From Sminthopsis crassicaudata (lineage: Eukaryota), in the NCBI RefSeq assembly GCF_048593235.1, contig NC_133621.1:35765148-35829147 (forward strand): a stretch of 64,000 nucleotides of DNA. Reading direction: 5' to 3'. The position numbers were made by a program, and so were the translations under genes. The notes under the pieces were generated by a model. That model saw only the letters and a program-made list of their open reading frames with translations, made no database searches and was not told the origin of the DNA. This document shows positions 48,080 through 59,299 of this stretch, piece by piece (within the stretch, counting starts at the first letter, position 1; each line of letters begins with the position of its first letter).

Positions 48080-49590
48080 AAGATGTCAACATAGCAACAA
48101 GCAATAATGGCTATATTATCTTACATTGAACATTTTATATTTCACACAGAGCGTCTCAATAAGGGGTTGTCCATCTCCAGTAACTTACACAAGCTCTAGG
48201 ACAGATCTCCGGATCCTAACTTTCTTGGTCGGTGAGGTCATCAGAGTGAGGCTACTTATTGTTCCATCTCTCCTCGGGACTTTGGGATTCCTGTGAGGAG
48301 CACTGACAGTCTAACACTATTAACCCAAGCCTTCGTCCAGGAAATCCTTCATAATAGTTGGCTAATTATCTCTTTGACTAGTGTCATCTAGGTGATATAT
48401 CTTCAATACTAATGATTAATTGACATCAATTACCTTTGTAAAAGGGACATTTATGCAACAAGAAAATGGGATTTACACACATATATTGTATCTAGGTTAT
48501 ACTGTAACACATGTAAAATGTATGGGATTGCCTGTCATCAAGGGGAGGGAGTAGAGGGAGGGAGGGGAAATTTGGAAAAATGAATACAAGAGATAATGTT
48601 ATAAAAAAATTACTCATGTATATATACTGTGAAAAAAATTTATAAAAAAAAAAGTAAAAGGGACATTTACTGAGAAGATAAAGCAAGAACAGAAGTATAA
48701 ACATATTCCTGTGAACCATCTTACTCTTTGAGTTCAGATTCAAAATTGTTTTTTCTGTCTCAGAATTAGCTAAGAGATGGCAAGAAGCAGCAACGGTGCC
48801 ATATTCAGCCCAGGTGGCAGGAGGAGGCTGCTGGCACTATTCCTCTCCTCACCCCGACGCTTACAGTTTTTGCCTCAGGTACTGCCAGAAAAAAGAGGGA
48901 TCAAGTTCACTTAATACCTGAAAATCCTCCAAAATGAAGACAGACCACTACATTGCATGGCATGATATGCTTCCAGATGTAGGCTTGCTGCCCAACCTGA
49001 GTACTGTCTCATATGCTCTAATAACCGAGATCACATCAGCCAGCCCCTCATTATAGCAGCGAATGTTTCAGTTCAGAAGAATGAAAGTAATGGTCAATTA
49101 GGATTTCTCTGAAAGATCTGTAGGTATCTGTGTTATATGCCATCAATTTTGAGCAGGAACTGATCATAATTTAACCACATCTATGTGGTGTCTAAGAATG
49201 GGATTTGGAGTTCTGGCAGTGACCTAAAATATCAAAACAACAGGTTGTTTGCCAGTGATGAAGTGTACCCAACAAGAACTGGTAAGGATGGATTTGTCTG
49301 GAGTTCTATAAATCCAATCAAAGGGACTGTAGACAAAAAGGAAAAGGAAGGGAGAAAACTTCCTTTTATATCAGTCAAGCTATAAACTTTGGAGAATAAG
49401 CTAGACTATGGAGAATAATTTAATTGTGTGAATAATACCAGTTGGCAAACCCATAGTTCTCAGGAGTCAAAAATCTAAAAAATAGGTTAGTAAAGCCCAC
49501 AGCTGCAAATGGCTATGGATAAAGGCACAGAGTTAGGCAATAAATGAAGAGGCAAATTTGACCTTAGAATTATCAGTGAGACTTGGTGGA
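48080..49590 (-). pseudogene. Degraded endogenous Mononegavirales L-polymerase fragment, bornavirus-like (candidate EBLL), interrupted by an L1 at 48454-48653
   Basis: Minus-strand translation with frameshifts versus recalled BoDV-1 L, in colinear order: [11 protein letters not shown] (49485-49453) vs [34 protein letters not shown] (49195-49127) vs [23 protein letters not shown]; [27 protein letters not shown] (49037-48958) vs [44 protein letters not shown] vs [25 protein letters not shown] vs [19 protein letters not shown] vs [17 protein letters not shown] vs LLPGCDKS; LEMD (48180-48169) vs LDMD. Not a recognisable TE. Many stops and frameshifts. Confidence 0.75.
48454..48653 (+). mobile_element. 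Young 5'-truncated L1 3' end (200 bp) with poly-A tail
   Basis: Perfect 16-bp TSD GTAAAAGGGACATTTA at 48438-48453 and 48654-48669; A-rich tail; clearly similar to the L1 at 24122-24623. Confidence 0.93.
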
Positions 49591-49699
49591 ATCAGTCAAG
49601 CAATAAACCACTTATTAAGCACTTAATTATGTATGTGCTAAGTATTAGAGATACAAAGAGATACAGCAGATAGTCCCTACCCTATGTGGTTCTGGATGG

Positions 49700-52600
49700 G
49701 TAGGAAATTGGGTGGTTGGGGGTTGGAAAAAAAGAGCTGTCAATGTATATTTTAAAGATGTTTTCATTTTAGGAAATCCAGGAATAGGGACTGTGGAAGC
49801 AAAAAATCATGGTGGAAATTATTTGGGTGAAGTTCAGTGGAGGTTGAATGAGAAATTATTTTGTCATGGGAATATATTACAGACCCTCTAGTCAGAAAGA
49901 GGAAATAGGATTTAAAGTCTAGGAGTGAGGCCTTATACAATTAGCGATGGGAGACTGCCTATATGAACACATATTTATTATGTTTTAGCTAATTTGATCT
50001 TTAATTAATGTTTATTCATTACAAATTCTCTCTTTGCCAAACTAAGCAGCTAGTAATTTTTGAATTTGCTTAAATGATAATTTCATCTTTAAAAAAGTAG
50101 AGGAACCAAAAGACAGCAGGATTTTATTCTGGATCTCATTGTCTCCAGCAAAGAGGAACTACTTGGTAAAGGTGGAAATGATGAATATCTTGGACTAAAA
50201 TACTTCAATGGAAGTGGAAGCTCTCAGGAATAGAATCCTGAAGTCACAAGGAATTCTAAAGAGAAGGGGAAAAGAGGGGTTTGTTTGAAGGGACTAATGT
50301 GGGCACCTAAGGCCCCCACGTGGTATAGATTCCTGGATTTGGAATCAAGAAAACCTGATTCTAATTATGCATCAGTCACTTATTAACTGCATGGCTGTGG
50401 ACAAAATTACATTTTTAGCCTCATTTTCCCTTTCTGTAAAATGAAATAAGAACAGTACCTACCTACCTTTATTGAAGAGTTCAAATGAGAGATATAAAGT
50501 GTTTTCCACACCTTAAAGCAAGATATAAATGCTAGGCTTAGCACAGTGCCTGGCACATAAATACTTAATTAGTGTTTATGTATTGATGCTCATTTACTGA
50601 TTATCATCAATTAGTTATTGTAAGTTTTTAGAGAGGGATGTATACAAGGTGGTAGAACCAGGGCATTGGGATCAGTCAACCAGCAAGCATATTAAGTATT
50701 AAATACTAATTAAATAAATTAGCATATTAAATATAGTAGGCACCAGGCACTGGGAATACAAATACAAAGAATGAAATGATCCCTAATTTTGAGGAGCTAC
50801 AGAAGAGTAGCCTCAAGTATGTAACAGTAGCCCCGAGATGACCCGAGGTGAATGAGGAAAGCCAAACTTGGAGGCTTTTCTTTATTTTTATTCTCTTGGA
50901 GGAAAGAGAAGTCTTGAACGCTGCTTGGGATGAATGAGATGAGTCACTGGTACCTCAGGGAAGGGAAGGCTGCTGAATTTGCATTTTGCTTCTGTTTTCT
51001 TGGCAGACGAGAATGATGCTGTATCTGGAAATGACAGGATAAAAATGACTAACAAGGAGCTGATGGCCAGGATGAGTTAGGAAAGAAATAAGGGCACGCC
51101 TAGTTGACCTTGATGAGGTTTGTCAACCGACCCAGATGGGGTGCTCAAAGGACTAATTAAACTTGTGCTTCCAAAGCTACTTTTGAGGATATCCAACAGA
51201 TCCTGGAGGTAGAGGGACAGCAGGAAAAGGGCAAATGTTGCAATTTTCCAAAAACAGAAGAGGGGAGGAAAAGTATAGGTAGGTCCATAAACCTGACTTT
51301 TATTGCCAGGAAAACTCACGAATGTTTCTTTTTTCCCTGGTATATATGCATTTTAGAAATTTTTTTTTTTCTTAAATCACTGTTATTTCCAAATATATCC
51401 TCCCTGCCAAGCCCCCACCAGAGAGCCTTTCTTTATAGCATAGTATGAAAAAGATGACTGAAATGAGTTCAATTCAATAAAGATTTCTTAATGTGTCAGG
51501 CCCCTGCTAGTGTCAGGGATACAGAAGGAGGTATAAGACACTTTCTACCCTCAAGGAGCTCATGAATAAACTAACCAGCGCATCAAATGAGTCTGACAGC
51601 AGGAGGAGGAAGGTACGTTTCCTTTTTTCTTCTTCCAGCCTGAGCTTGGTCATGACAATTACACGGCATTTTAGAACGCATTATTAAGGAAATGGATTTG
51701 TTAACATTCAGCCCTTGCACAGTGTCTGGCGCACAGGCACTTAATAAATCCTTGCTGATTGATCTGTGAAAGAGAGTAGTCATTGCAAAGAGCCGGAAAG
51801 GCTTCATCAGAAACGGGTCAGGTCAGACTAGCTTCAGTTTCTTTTCTGACAGGGTTCCTCATTGGGGAGTCAGAGAAATGCCACGGAGAGAGCGTAACCT
51901 GGATTCCTAGTCTCTCATGCTGGTGGAGAGATGTGGGCTGGACATAGGCTAGTTAGATGGATTGGAACAGCTTGGAAGGCAAATGTTCTAAGTCAGCTCA
52001 GAAGGAGATCACCGTGGAAGTGCCCCCAAGGACTCACAATTGGTCCTTACATTTTTGATAACTTGATGACTTGGTTAAAGGCTGAGTGGCAAAATTAGTA
52101 GATTCGCAGTGACCAGTGACCAGCACATGGTACATGCTTAATAAGTGCCCACTGACTTGACATGCACATGCAATGATGACAAGTTAAGATTTAGTAAGCC
52201 TTTGATGGGCAAGAACACTGGGAATCCAAGGAGATGAAATGGAGAGAGCGAAGGTCTCACATTTAGCTTCAGAATACTGACTTCCCAGGAATATGGTTGG
52301 ACAGCGGTTGGACTGAAAATAATCTGAGGGTTTGAGTGGATGACAAACTCAATGAGCCAGTAATGGGACAAAAAACACGTGTTAGAAAAAGCATAAGGAG
52401 TAAGGAGGCGATGATGTCCTTGAACTTTCCCATCTAGAGAATGGGGTTAGCCACCGTTTTAGGAAGGTCATTGATACGCTTGGGAATCTTCCAGAGGAGG
52501 ATCACCTCTTCACTAAAATCTATGCCTCGGGAGGATCAATTGGAGAAACTGGGGATGTGAAGACTTTAGAAGGATTGAACAGCTATCACAAAGAAAACAC

Positions 52601-52870
52601 ATTTGATGTATTTGGGATGTAATATGTTTTAGCTTTAGAGAACAGAATTAGAAACAGTGGGGAGAAGTTATAAAGAGACATAAATTATTAATTGGTCCAA
52701 GATAGTTTAATTATTAGGAAACATTCACCTATCTGAAAGGAGGAATGGACTGCCTTGGGAAGTGGGGAGCTTCCCCTCACTCAATTTCTTTACCATAGGC
52801 CCAAGGACTGCTTGGCAAAGGGCATCTGGAGGGAGCTCTTTCTTGTCCAGGTATAGCCAGGATTAGGCTT
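49700..52870 (+). mobile_element. Ancient L3/CR1 LINE ORF2 relic (endonuclease to RT and 3' end), interrupted by MIR, L2 and other fragments
   Basis: GIYYRPSSQKEEI at 49869 and LDLIVSSKEELL near 50130 are CR1 APE motifs. 51040-51320 resembles CR1 RT N-terminal sequence. Degenerate FADD at ~52102 and a CR1-like 3' tail at 52730-52870. Confidence 0.8.
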
Positions 52871-55800
52871 TCCTTCCCTCCCCTAAAATGTTGTGATCCC
52901 TGGATCTCCAAGTGCATGTCAGTGACCTGGCCTTAGGGCTCCCATCACAGCAGTTGTCAAGAATTCCGTAGTGTCACAGCGACACGGATGATTGCTTCCC
53001 CATCTGGGAGTGGACGGACAGAGGACAAAATGATAAAAGGAAGAAGAAATAGGCAGTTGTCCTTTAGGGCTTCTGGGAAAGGAGGGAGTGGGAGTGGTCT
53101 GTACCTGGTGGATTAGTTTTCCTTTTGCCTTGGAATTCCAGACTGAAATCTCAAGGGCTGGAGGAGACAGCAGGAGAGAGTTCTGGGTTTCTTTGCTATT
53201 AACTCCCTCTCTCAGGTTTAAAAAAAAGATGGGAAAGTTTCAGGGCTGCCTCATGCATTTTATTCAAATGGTTGAAGCTAATTGGAATTGAGAGCAAGGA
53301 GGTTCATAACTTAGAACTGAATGAACCTCATTTTAAAAAGAGGGAGTGCTTGTGGGCACCTAAGGGAGCTTTCCACCGCACCATCCTGCTAAGAATGGGT
53401 CTATATCTTACTACTGTCATGCTTTCTTTGAGCTTGTTCCTTCCTCTTGCTGTTTCTATAGGTAATTCAACCGAGTTGAACCCCGTTGAGTTCAACTATC
53501 TCCTCTCACTCCCTTCTTCTGATTCTCTAACTTTCTGCCTTTCTCTCCTTGAGTTTCTCTGTCTCTCTCTTTCCTTTTCTCCCAAGGAAAGGCAAGCAGA
53601 TGTGCAAGTGGGCTATCTGGCCAAGCCCATACTGTTTGAGGAACTTCTAATGTACTGCTGCCCTCCACCTATGCTACAGACCCACAAAGTGCCCTTCTTT
53701 GCCATGTTTTATGACTGTCTTGTCTCTGATGGAGAAGAACAATTAATTCTTAAGCCAATTTATTTTATCCTGTTAGAAAGCAATCCCGAAATGGAAAAGA
53801 GAGAGGCTCGGAGAGGCGACACTCAGGAAGGACGATCATCCCACGCCAGGGAAGGTCTGACTCAATGTCTGTGTTGCAGAGCAGACCCCTGCCTTCTCTC
53901 CGTTGGCTTCCATGACATGTCCTGATGGCCGAGAGTGCTTGGAATGCCTGATTGGATGCATTCATTTTCTTAATGACATTGGATGCCCTTGTAGAACTCT
54001 GGTTTAATTTCTTAACAGCCTAAATTGGATTTGAAGGGATTTTGAGTGTTTGTGGCTCTCCCTCAGGAAATAGTTGGGTAGTTTTATAAATTGATTAATT
54101 TACAGAATGCTGACTCGTCATCCGTCAGTGGCAGAGGGTGGCAATACAGTGTAGGCAATCCCAGAATTAATCTTCTCATGATCTTGAGGTGTGGTTGAAG
54201 CTTTGTTAAGGTATGGTGTCCAGCTTGGGACTTTGCCTTTTAGAAGAGTTATGGAGAAATTGGGAGAAAGCTATGAGCAAGGCAAGTAACCCAGACTCCT
54301 GCTGGATACAAAGCAATGAAGAATAAAGTTTATGAGAAATTGTGGGAATAATTAATAACATCAACAACGATCACAAAGTTCTTCACATACATTATGTCTT
54401 TTGAGCTTCATGGTAGACCTGATTCTTTTTTTTTGCAGGTGAGAAAAAGAATAGAGGGAGAGCTTAGAAGGTAGATGGCTTGCCCTGGATCCTGTCTGAA
54501 GCAGGATTTGAATTCAGATCCTGTTGATTCTAATGGAAAACTCTTGAGGGACTAGTGTCAGGAAAACATCTTGCTTTGCATAATAAATATGGAAGAAGGG
54601 ACCATTTGCTCATGGGGTTTTGCTGTTGAGTGTAGGTGAAAATTCCTAGAACACACTGTTAAAGGAATGGTTTGTAAATATTTGGAAGGGGAGCTGGTCC
54701 CATATTGTAGCATGTGTTAAGGGGAGTCATGTGAAATAAGGCTGCCAAGAATGGGTTGAAACCAGTCTGTCTGAATCCTCTAAAGGCCGGGCTGAAGACT
54801 CTGTGCTTTACAGCCTGGAGGTGATGAGGTGCCCCTGGAAGCATTTCCCAGCTCTGTGCCTCAGTTCCTCCTCCTGCGGAAAGTTCCTTTCAGCTCTCAT
54901 GTTCTCTACCTGCAAGACTTGGAGATCCCCAAGTATGATGCTGTCCAGCAGAAAGGGTAGGTAGTTGGCACTGAGGCAGATAATGAATGGCTCAGGTTAG
55001 CACAGATGAAAAATCTTAAATGATGGAGATTTGGGGAAATGCTGCCATAGGAGCATTCTCTGAAGACTGAGGGCCGGGAAGCTTTGGGAGTCCATCCTGA
55101 TGGACTGTCTTTTACATGCTGATCTATGTGCCTGAGAGTCAGGGTGACATATAGGATGGAAGCCTGAAAGACTAGCTGTATGACCCAGGACAGTCATTTC
55201 TCAATTTCCTAGGTAATCCCCTCAGCATAGGAGCTCCAACCTTCATAGGCAGAGGGATTTTCTCATTGGAATTCTCCATCCCGTTGAAATCATAGTCCCA
55301 ATCCTACTTTGTGCACCCATCTCCCCTATCATTTATAAGCTCCTTGGGGGCAAAGACTAAATCGATTTTGTCTGTCTGTCCAAACATAGTACATCGGCCA
55401 TTAGTACAGGTGCTTAATAAGTGCTCATTGATGGATTGATCTGAGGCCAGAAAGTGTCTCCTGGGGGCCGACAGAAAGACCTCAGTGGTAAAAGGATGCA
55501 ATTGCAAGGCAGCTTTCCTCATAGGGCAAAGAACAGGATCTAGTGGTGGTTTATGGGGCAATCAAGGAAGAAGAAAAGGCACTACTTTGAGGGCTTTGTG
55601 GGAAAAAAGGAGCAGAGATTTCACAAACCAGAGTGAATCCATGGAGGAAAACAACAGATACTGCTTGAAGCAGCTTGATGCAGTGTATTCATCTGCCCTT
55701 GTCTCCAGCATGTTCAGAAAAAAACTATCCAGATTTTCTGAACCCAAGTTGGTTTCTGTATCTTCCATATTGGCTCATTGGCTAAAAGAGCTGGTGGTTA

Positions 55801-57916
55801 AATTTTCAGGGTGAGCATTTACTCCTCAGAAGTGGACAGCTACTATAAATTAAGACTTGGCTTAAGTCCATAGAGTGCAGTGTCCATAGTTGGCACTTAG
55901 TAAATTTCTACACTAACTTACTAATTTTCTTAGCTAAAAAATGGTTTTAGTCTGAATGGGTCATAGAATCTAGAGGACCAAAGAAATCATGGCATCTACT
56001 TAAGGAAGAGATTGGGGCTCAGAAAAATGGAGAATGACTTGGATATGATCATTCATATTAGTGAGCAAACTTGGCCTTGAAATTGAGTTTTCTTGTGGCA
56101 AATCCAGTGCTTTAGCCATTATGCTGCTCTTCTAGATGATGCAATATTAAATCTGATTCTCTTTGGCAAATTACTCTTTTCTGTTTGTTTCTTCTGAGAT
56201 GAAGGGACAGTTTTATTGTTTTTTCTTTTTGTGAGTCAAACATTTAGTGATTAATATACATTGTTAATTAATATTAATAAATTACTCTGAAGAAGAATCA
56301 TTCTTCTGTATGGCGCAGTAGAAAGACATAGATTTGGAGTTAGAGGCCCTGAGTTTAAATCCTCCCTTTGTACCGATGGGCAAAGTTTCCTCCTCATCTG
56401 GATGGACCTTGTTTAATTCATATATAAAGCTAGGAGGCTGGATCAAATGACCTTTGAGGTTCCCTTCATCTCCAAATCTGGGAGCTTGTGATTCTCTGCA
56501 CAAGTAAATGGTTCCTTAGTCTTGCCCAAAGGAAGTCTTGGAATTAACCAGGAGACAGCTTCTTGTTATTGGAAATTTTCTTTGGATTGTTTTTTTGTTT
56601 TTTTAAATGGAAAGGTATTTCTCTAGGAGAGCAAACACCTAGCAGCAAATTGCTGATAAACTTTGTTTAATAAAATACAAGCTCATCAGTATAACTTGTA
56701 TAGTGGAAAGACTATTTGGGACTAGAAAATAATAGGGATTTAGGATTAGACCTCGGTTTTCCTCTTGTAAAATGGAATACTTATTGGGGCCATGGTCCCA
56801 GATGGATGAGAGAATGCTACATTTTCCCCCCTTAAAATCATAGGGTTAGACTTAGAAATCTATCCAGTCCCTCTTCATTTTGCAGGTGAGGAGGTCAGGT
56901 CCGATAACTCCGCTGTGGTCATTCAGTCCCCTCGCTTTATGGAAAGGTTCACCCAGCCAGGGCCAGGAAGGGGCCTTGGGCTCTGGTCTTGCTCACTGCA
57001 AGCTGCTTTTTGAGCAGGAATGATGGAAGATCCAAACTGATGGGGAAGCAGGGGGTGGGGTGTGCACCTCAGGCATTTCCTCTGCCTGTTGTCCCATGGG
57101 TCCTTCCTGCAGACTGGAGGGTCTCCTGAATTAGCTGATGGGACATCTTAGTTGTGAATTAACCTTGAAGGAATCATTATGATTCTGCTGAATCAGCCCT
57201 CTGTAATTCTATTGCTCTTCAAGCCTAAGGAAGGATTCCACAGGCAAAGGGGAAGTAAAGGGAGGAGGAGGAATCACGTGGGCCTTAACTCTCCTGGATG
57301 CTGTAAGAGCCAAAGGCAGAAACAGTCCTGTTTAGTTTACTCTGTGATGGAGCGTCGTCGCTGACAATTATTGACCTGCAAGGCCTCCTGAAGCATCTGG
57401 AGTTAAATGGCAAGGAGGTCAGAGTGAGCATTTATTAAGCACTTACTGCGTACCAGATACTGTGCTAAGTGCTGGGCAGTTGGAGAAAGGCAGAAATGGC
57501 CCCTGCCCTCAGAGGGCTCCCAGTCCAAGGCAGGAGACGACACATCTGGCCAAACGAGCTCCAGACGGGAGGCTCTGGTGACTGTCCTTCCTTAGATCCG
57601 TGAGATCATGCGCTGTCGGGGCTGATAGCTGAAGCAGGGGAGGTAAGATGCTCCTACCAGGGTGCAGGGGCAGGGGAAACACGGCTGGCTCCGGAGGCTT
57701 GCAGTCCCAGCTCAGTTTTCTGGATTGATTTCGTGTGATTCTCCCTACATCCTCTGGAGTGCATTTCATCTTGCTTCCCTGTATTCCACCTCCTGCATCC
57801 TTGGTACTGGCTGTGCTCCCCACATCTAAAATGTTCTCCATCCTGAGCAAGAACCTTGCAACCTGTGACCTTTCTGGTGGTGATGACCTGTACCTGCACT
57901 GGTACAGTACAAACAT

Positions 57917-58958
57917 GGGTACCTCAGAGGGATCCCCTACCTCTGCCAGCCCGGGTGCCACCCTGGAATCTCCCCTGCCACGGGGCACTGGTCTCTCGGC
58001 TTCATTGTACAAGTGTGGGTAGTTCTGGGTATCCCTTACCTCTGCCAGCCCGGGTGCCACCCTGGAATCTCCCCTGCCACGGGGCACTGGTCTCTCGGCT
58101 TCATCAGTACAGTATGATTGTGGGTACTACCAGGGTATCCCCTACCTCTGCCAGCCCGGGTGCCACCCTGGAATCTCCCCTGCCACGGGGTACTGGTCTC
58201 TCGGCTTCATTGTACAAGTGTGGGTACTACCAGGGTATCCCCTACCTCTGCCAGCCCGGGTGCCACCCTGGAATCTCCCCTGCCACGGGGCACTGGCCTA
58301 TCAGCTTCATCAGTACAGTATGATTGTGGGTACTACCAGGGTATCCCCTACCTCTGCCAGCCCGGGTGCCACCCTGGAATCTCCCCTGCCACGGGGCACT
58401 GGTCTCTCGGCCTCATTGTACAAGTGTGGGTACTACCAGGGTATCCCCTACCTCTGCCAGCCCGGGTGCCACCCTGGAATCTCCCCTGCCACGGGGCACT
58501 GGTCTCTCGGCCTCATTGTACAAGTGTGGGTACTACCAGGGTATCCCCTACCTCTGCCAGCCCGGGTGCCACCCTGGAATCTCCCCTGCCACGGGGCACT
58601 GGCCTATCAGCTTCATCAGTACAGTATGATTGTGGGTACTACCAGGGTATCCCCTACCTCTGCCAGCCCGGGTGCCACCCTGGAATCTCCCCTGCCACGG
58701 GGCACTGGTCTCTCGGCTTCATTGTACAAGTGTGGGTAGTTCTGGGTATCCCTTACCTCTGCCAGCCCGGTGCCACCCTGGAATCTCCCCTGCCACGGGG
58801 CACTGGTCTCTCGGCCTCATTGTACAAGTGTGGGTACTACCAGGGTATCCCCTACCTCTGCCAGCCCGGGTGCCACCCTGGAATCTCCCCTGCCACGGGG
58901 CACTGGTCTCTCGGCCTCATTGTACAAGTGTGGGTGGTTCTGGGTATCTCCTACCTCT
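57917..58958. repeat. Minisatellite, 10 full units of 98-106 bp plus a partial unit
   Basis: Unit starts at 57917, 58017, 58122, 58222, 58328, 58428, 58528, 58634, 58734, 58832, 58932. Core GGGTATCCCCTACCTCTGCCAGCCCGGGTGCCACCCTGGAATCTCCCCTGCCACGGGGCACTGG. Confidence 0.97.
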
Positions 58959-59299
58959 TGAGGGCTGGAGTTCACTTGCTTTTCGCTTCCTTGTCTCTGT
59001 TCCTGGCACCTCAGTTTGATGAAAGCTTGTGGAACAGTGTGGACCTTTAAAAATTGGAGGAAGCGTCTGTGGGTGGGAAAGAGACTCTGGGCACAGGAAG
59101 AGACAAAAACCAAAGGCCAGAATGGGGGGAAATGGGGGACAAGGAGTCACTTTTGTGTCCCAGAGCGTGGCCTGGGGCCTGGCCCCACTCGTGGTCGATG
59201 GGGGGGGGGAGGAAGCAGACTGGGCCTGGGTCCTGGAGCATTCTGGGAAAATGTGGATGTTCCCCAAGCTGAAGAGAGGCCCTTGTGCGAGGGTCCGGG

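Noticed and set aside
48492-48743. 83-aa hydrophobic minus-strand ORF
   Set aside because: A chimera of viral-fossil sequence (to KCPFY) and antisense L1 tail, not a gene.
48860-49300. Extra apparent matches to BoDV-1 L: LQTNP vs ALTNP and ELDP..QK vs QLDP..QK
   Set aside because: Out of colinear position by 14-22 codons relative to the anchored motifs, so treated as chance and not counted as evidence. DNIAII (48120-48103) vs DKAII is about 8 codons late and counted only as weak.
49185-49385. 66-aa plus-strand ORF inside the viral fossil
   Set aside because: Antisense to the homology-supported frame; no recognisable similarity.
53466-53497. Two overlapping small hairpins (TTCAAC/GTTGAA and AGTTGAAC/GTTCAACT)
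   Set aside because: Stems of 6-8 bp with no further context; insufficient for a structured RNA call.
57735-59113. ORFs up to 310 aa in the ~100-bp array, and a CRISPR-like look of the array
   Set aside because: Repeat-generated ORFs. Units are near-identical throughout with no unique spacers and no cas genes, and the DNA is mammalian.
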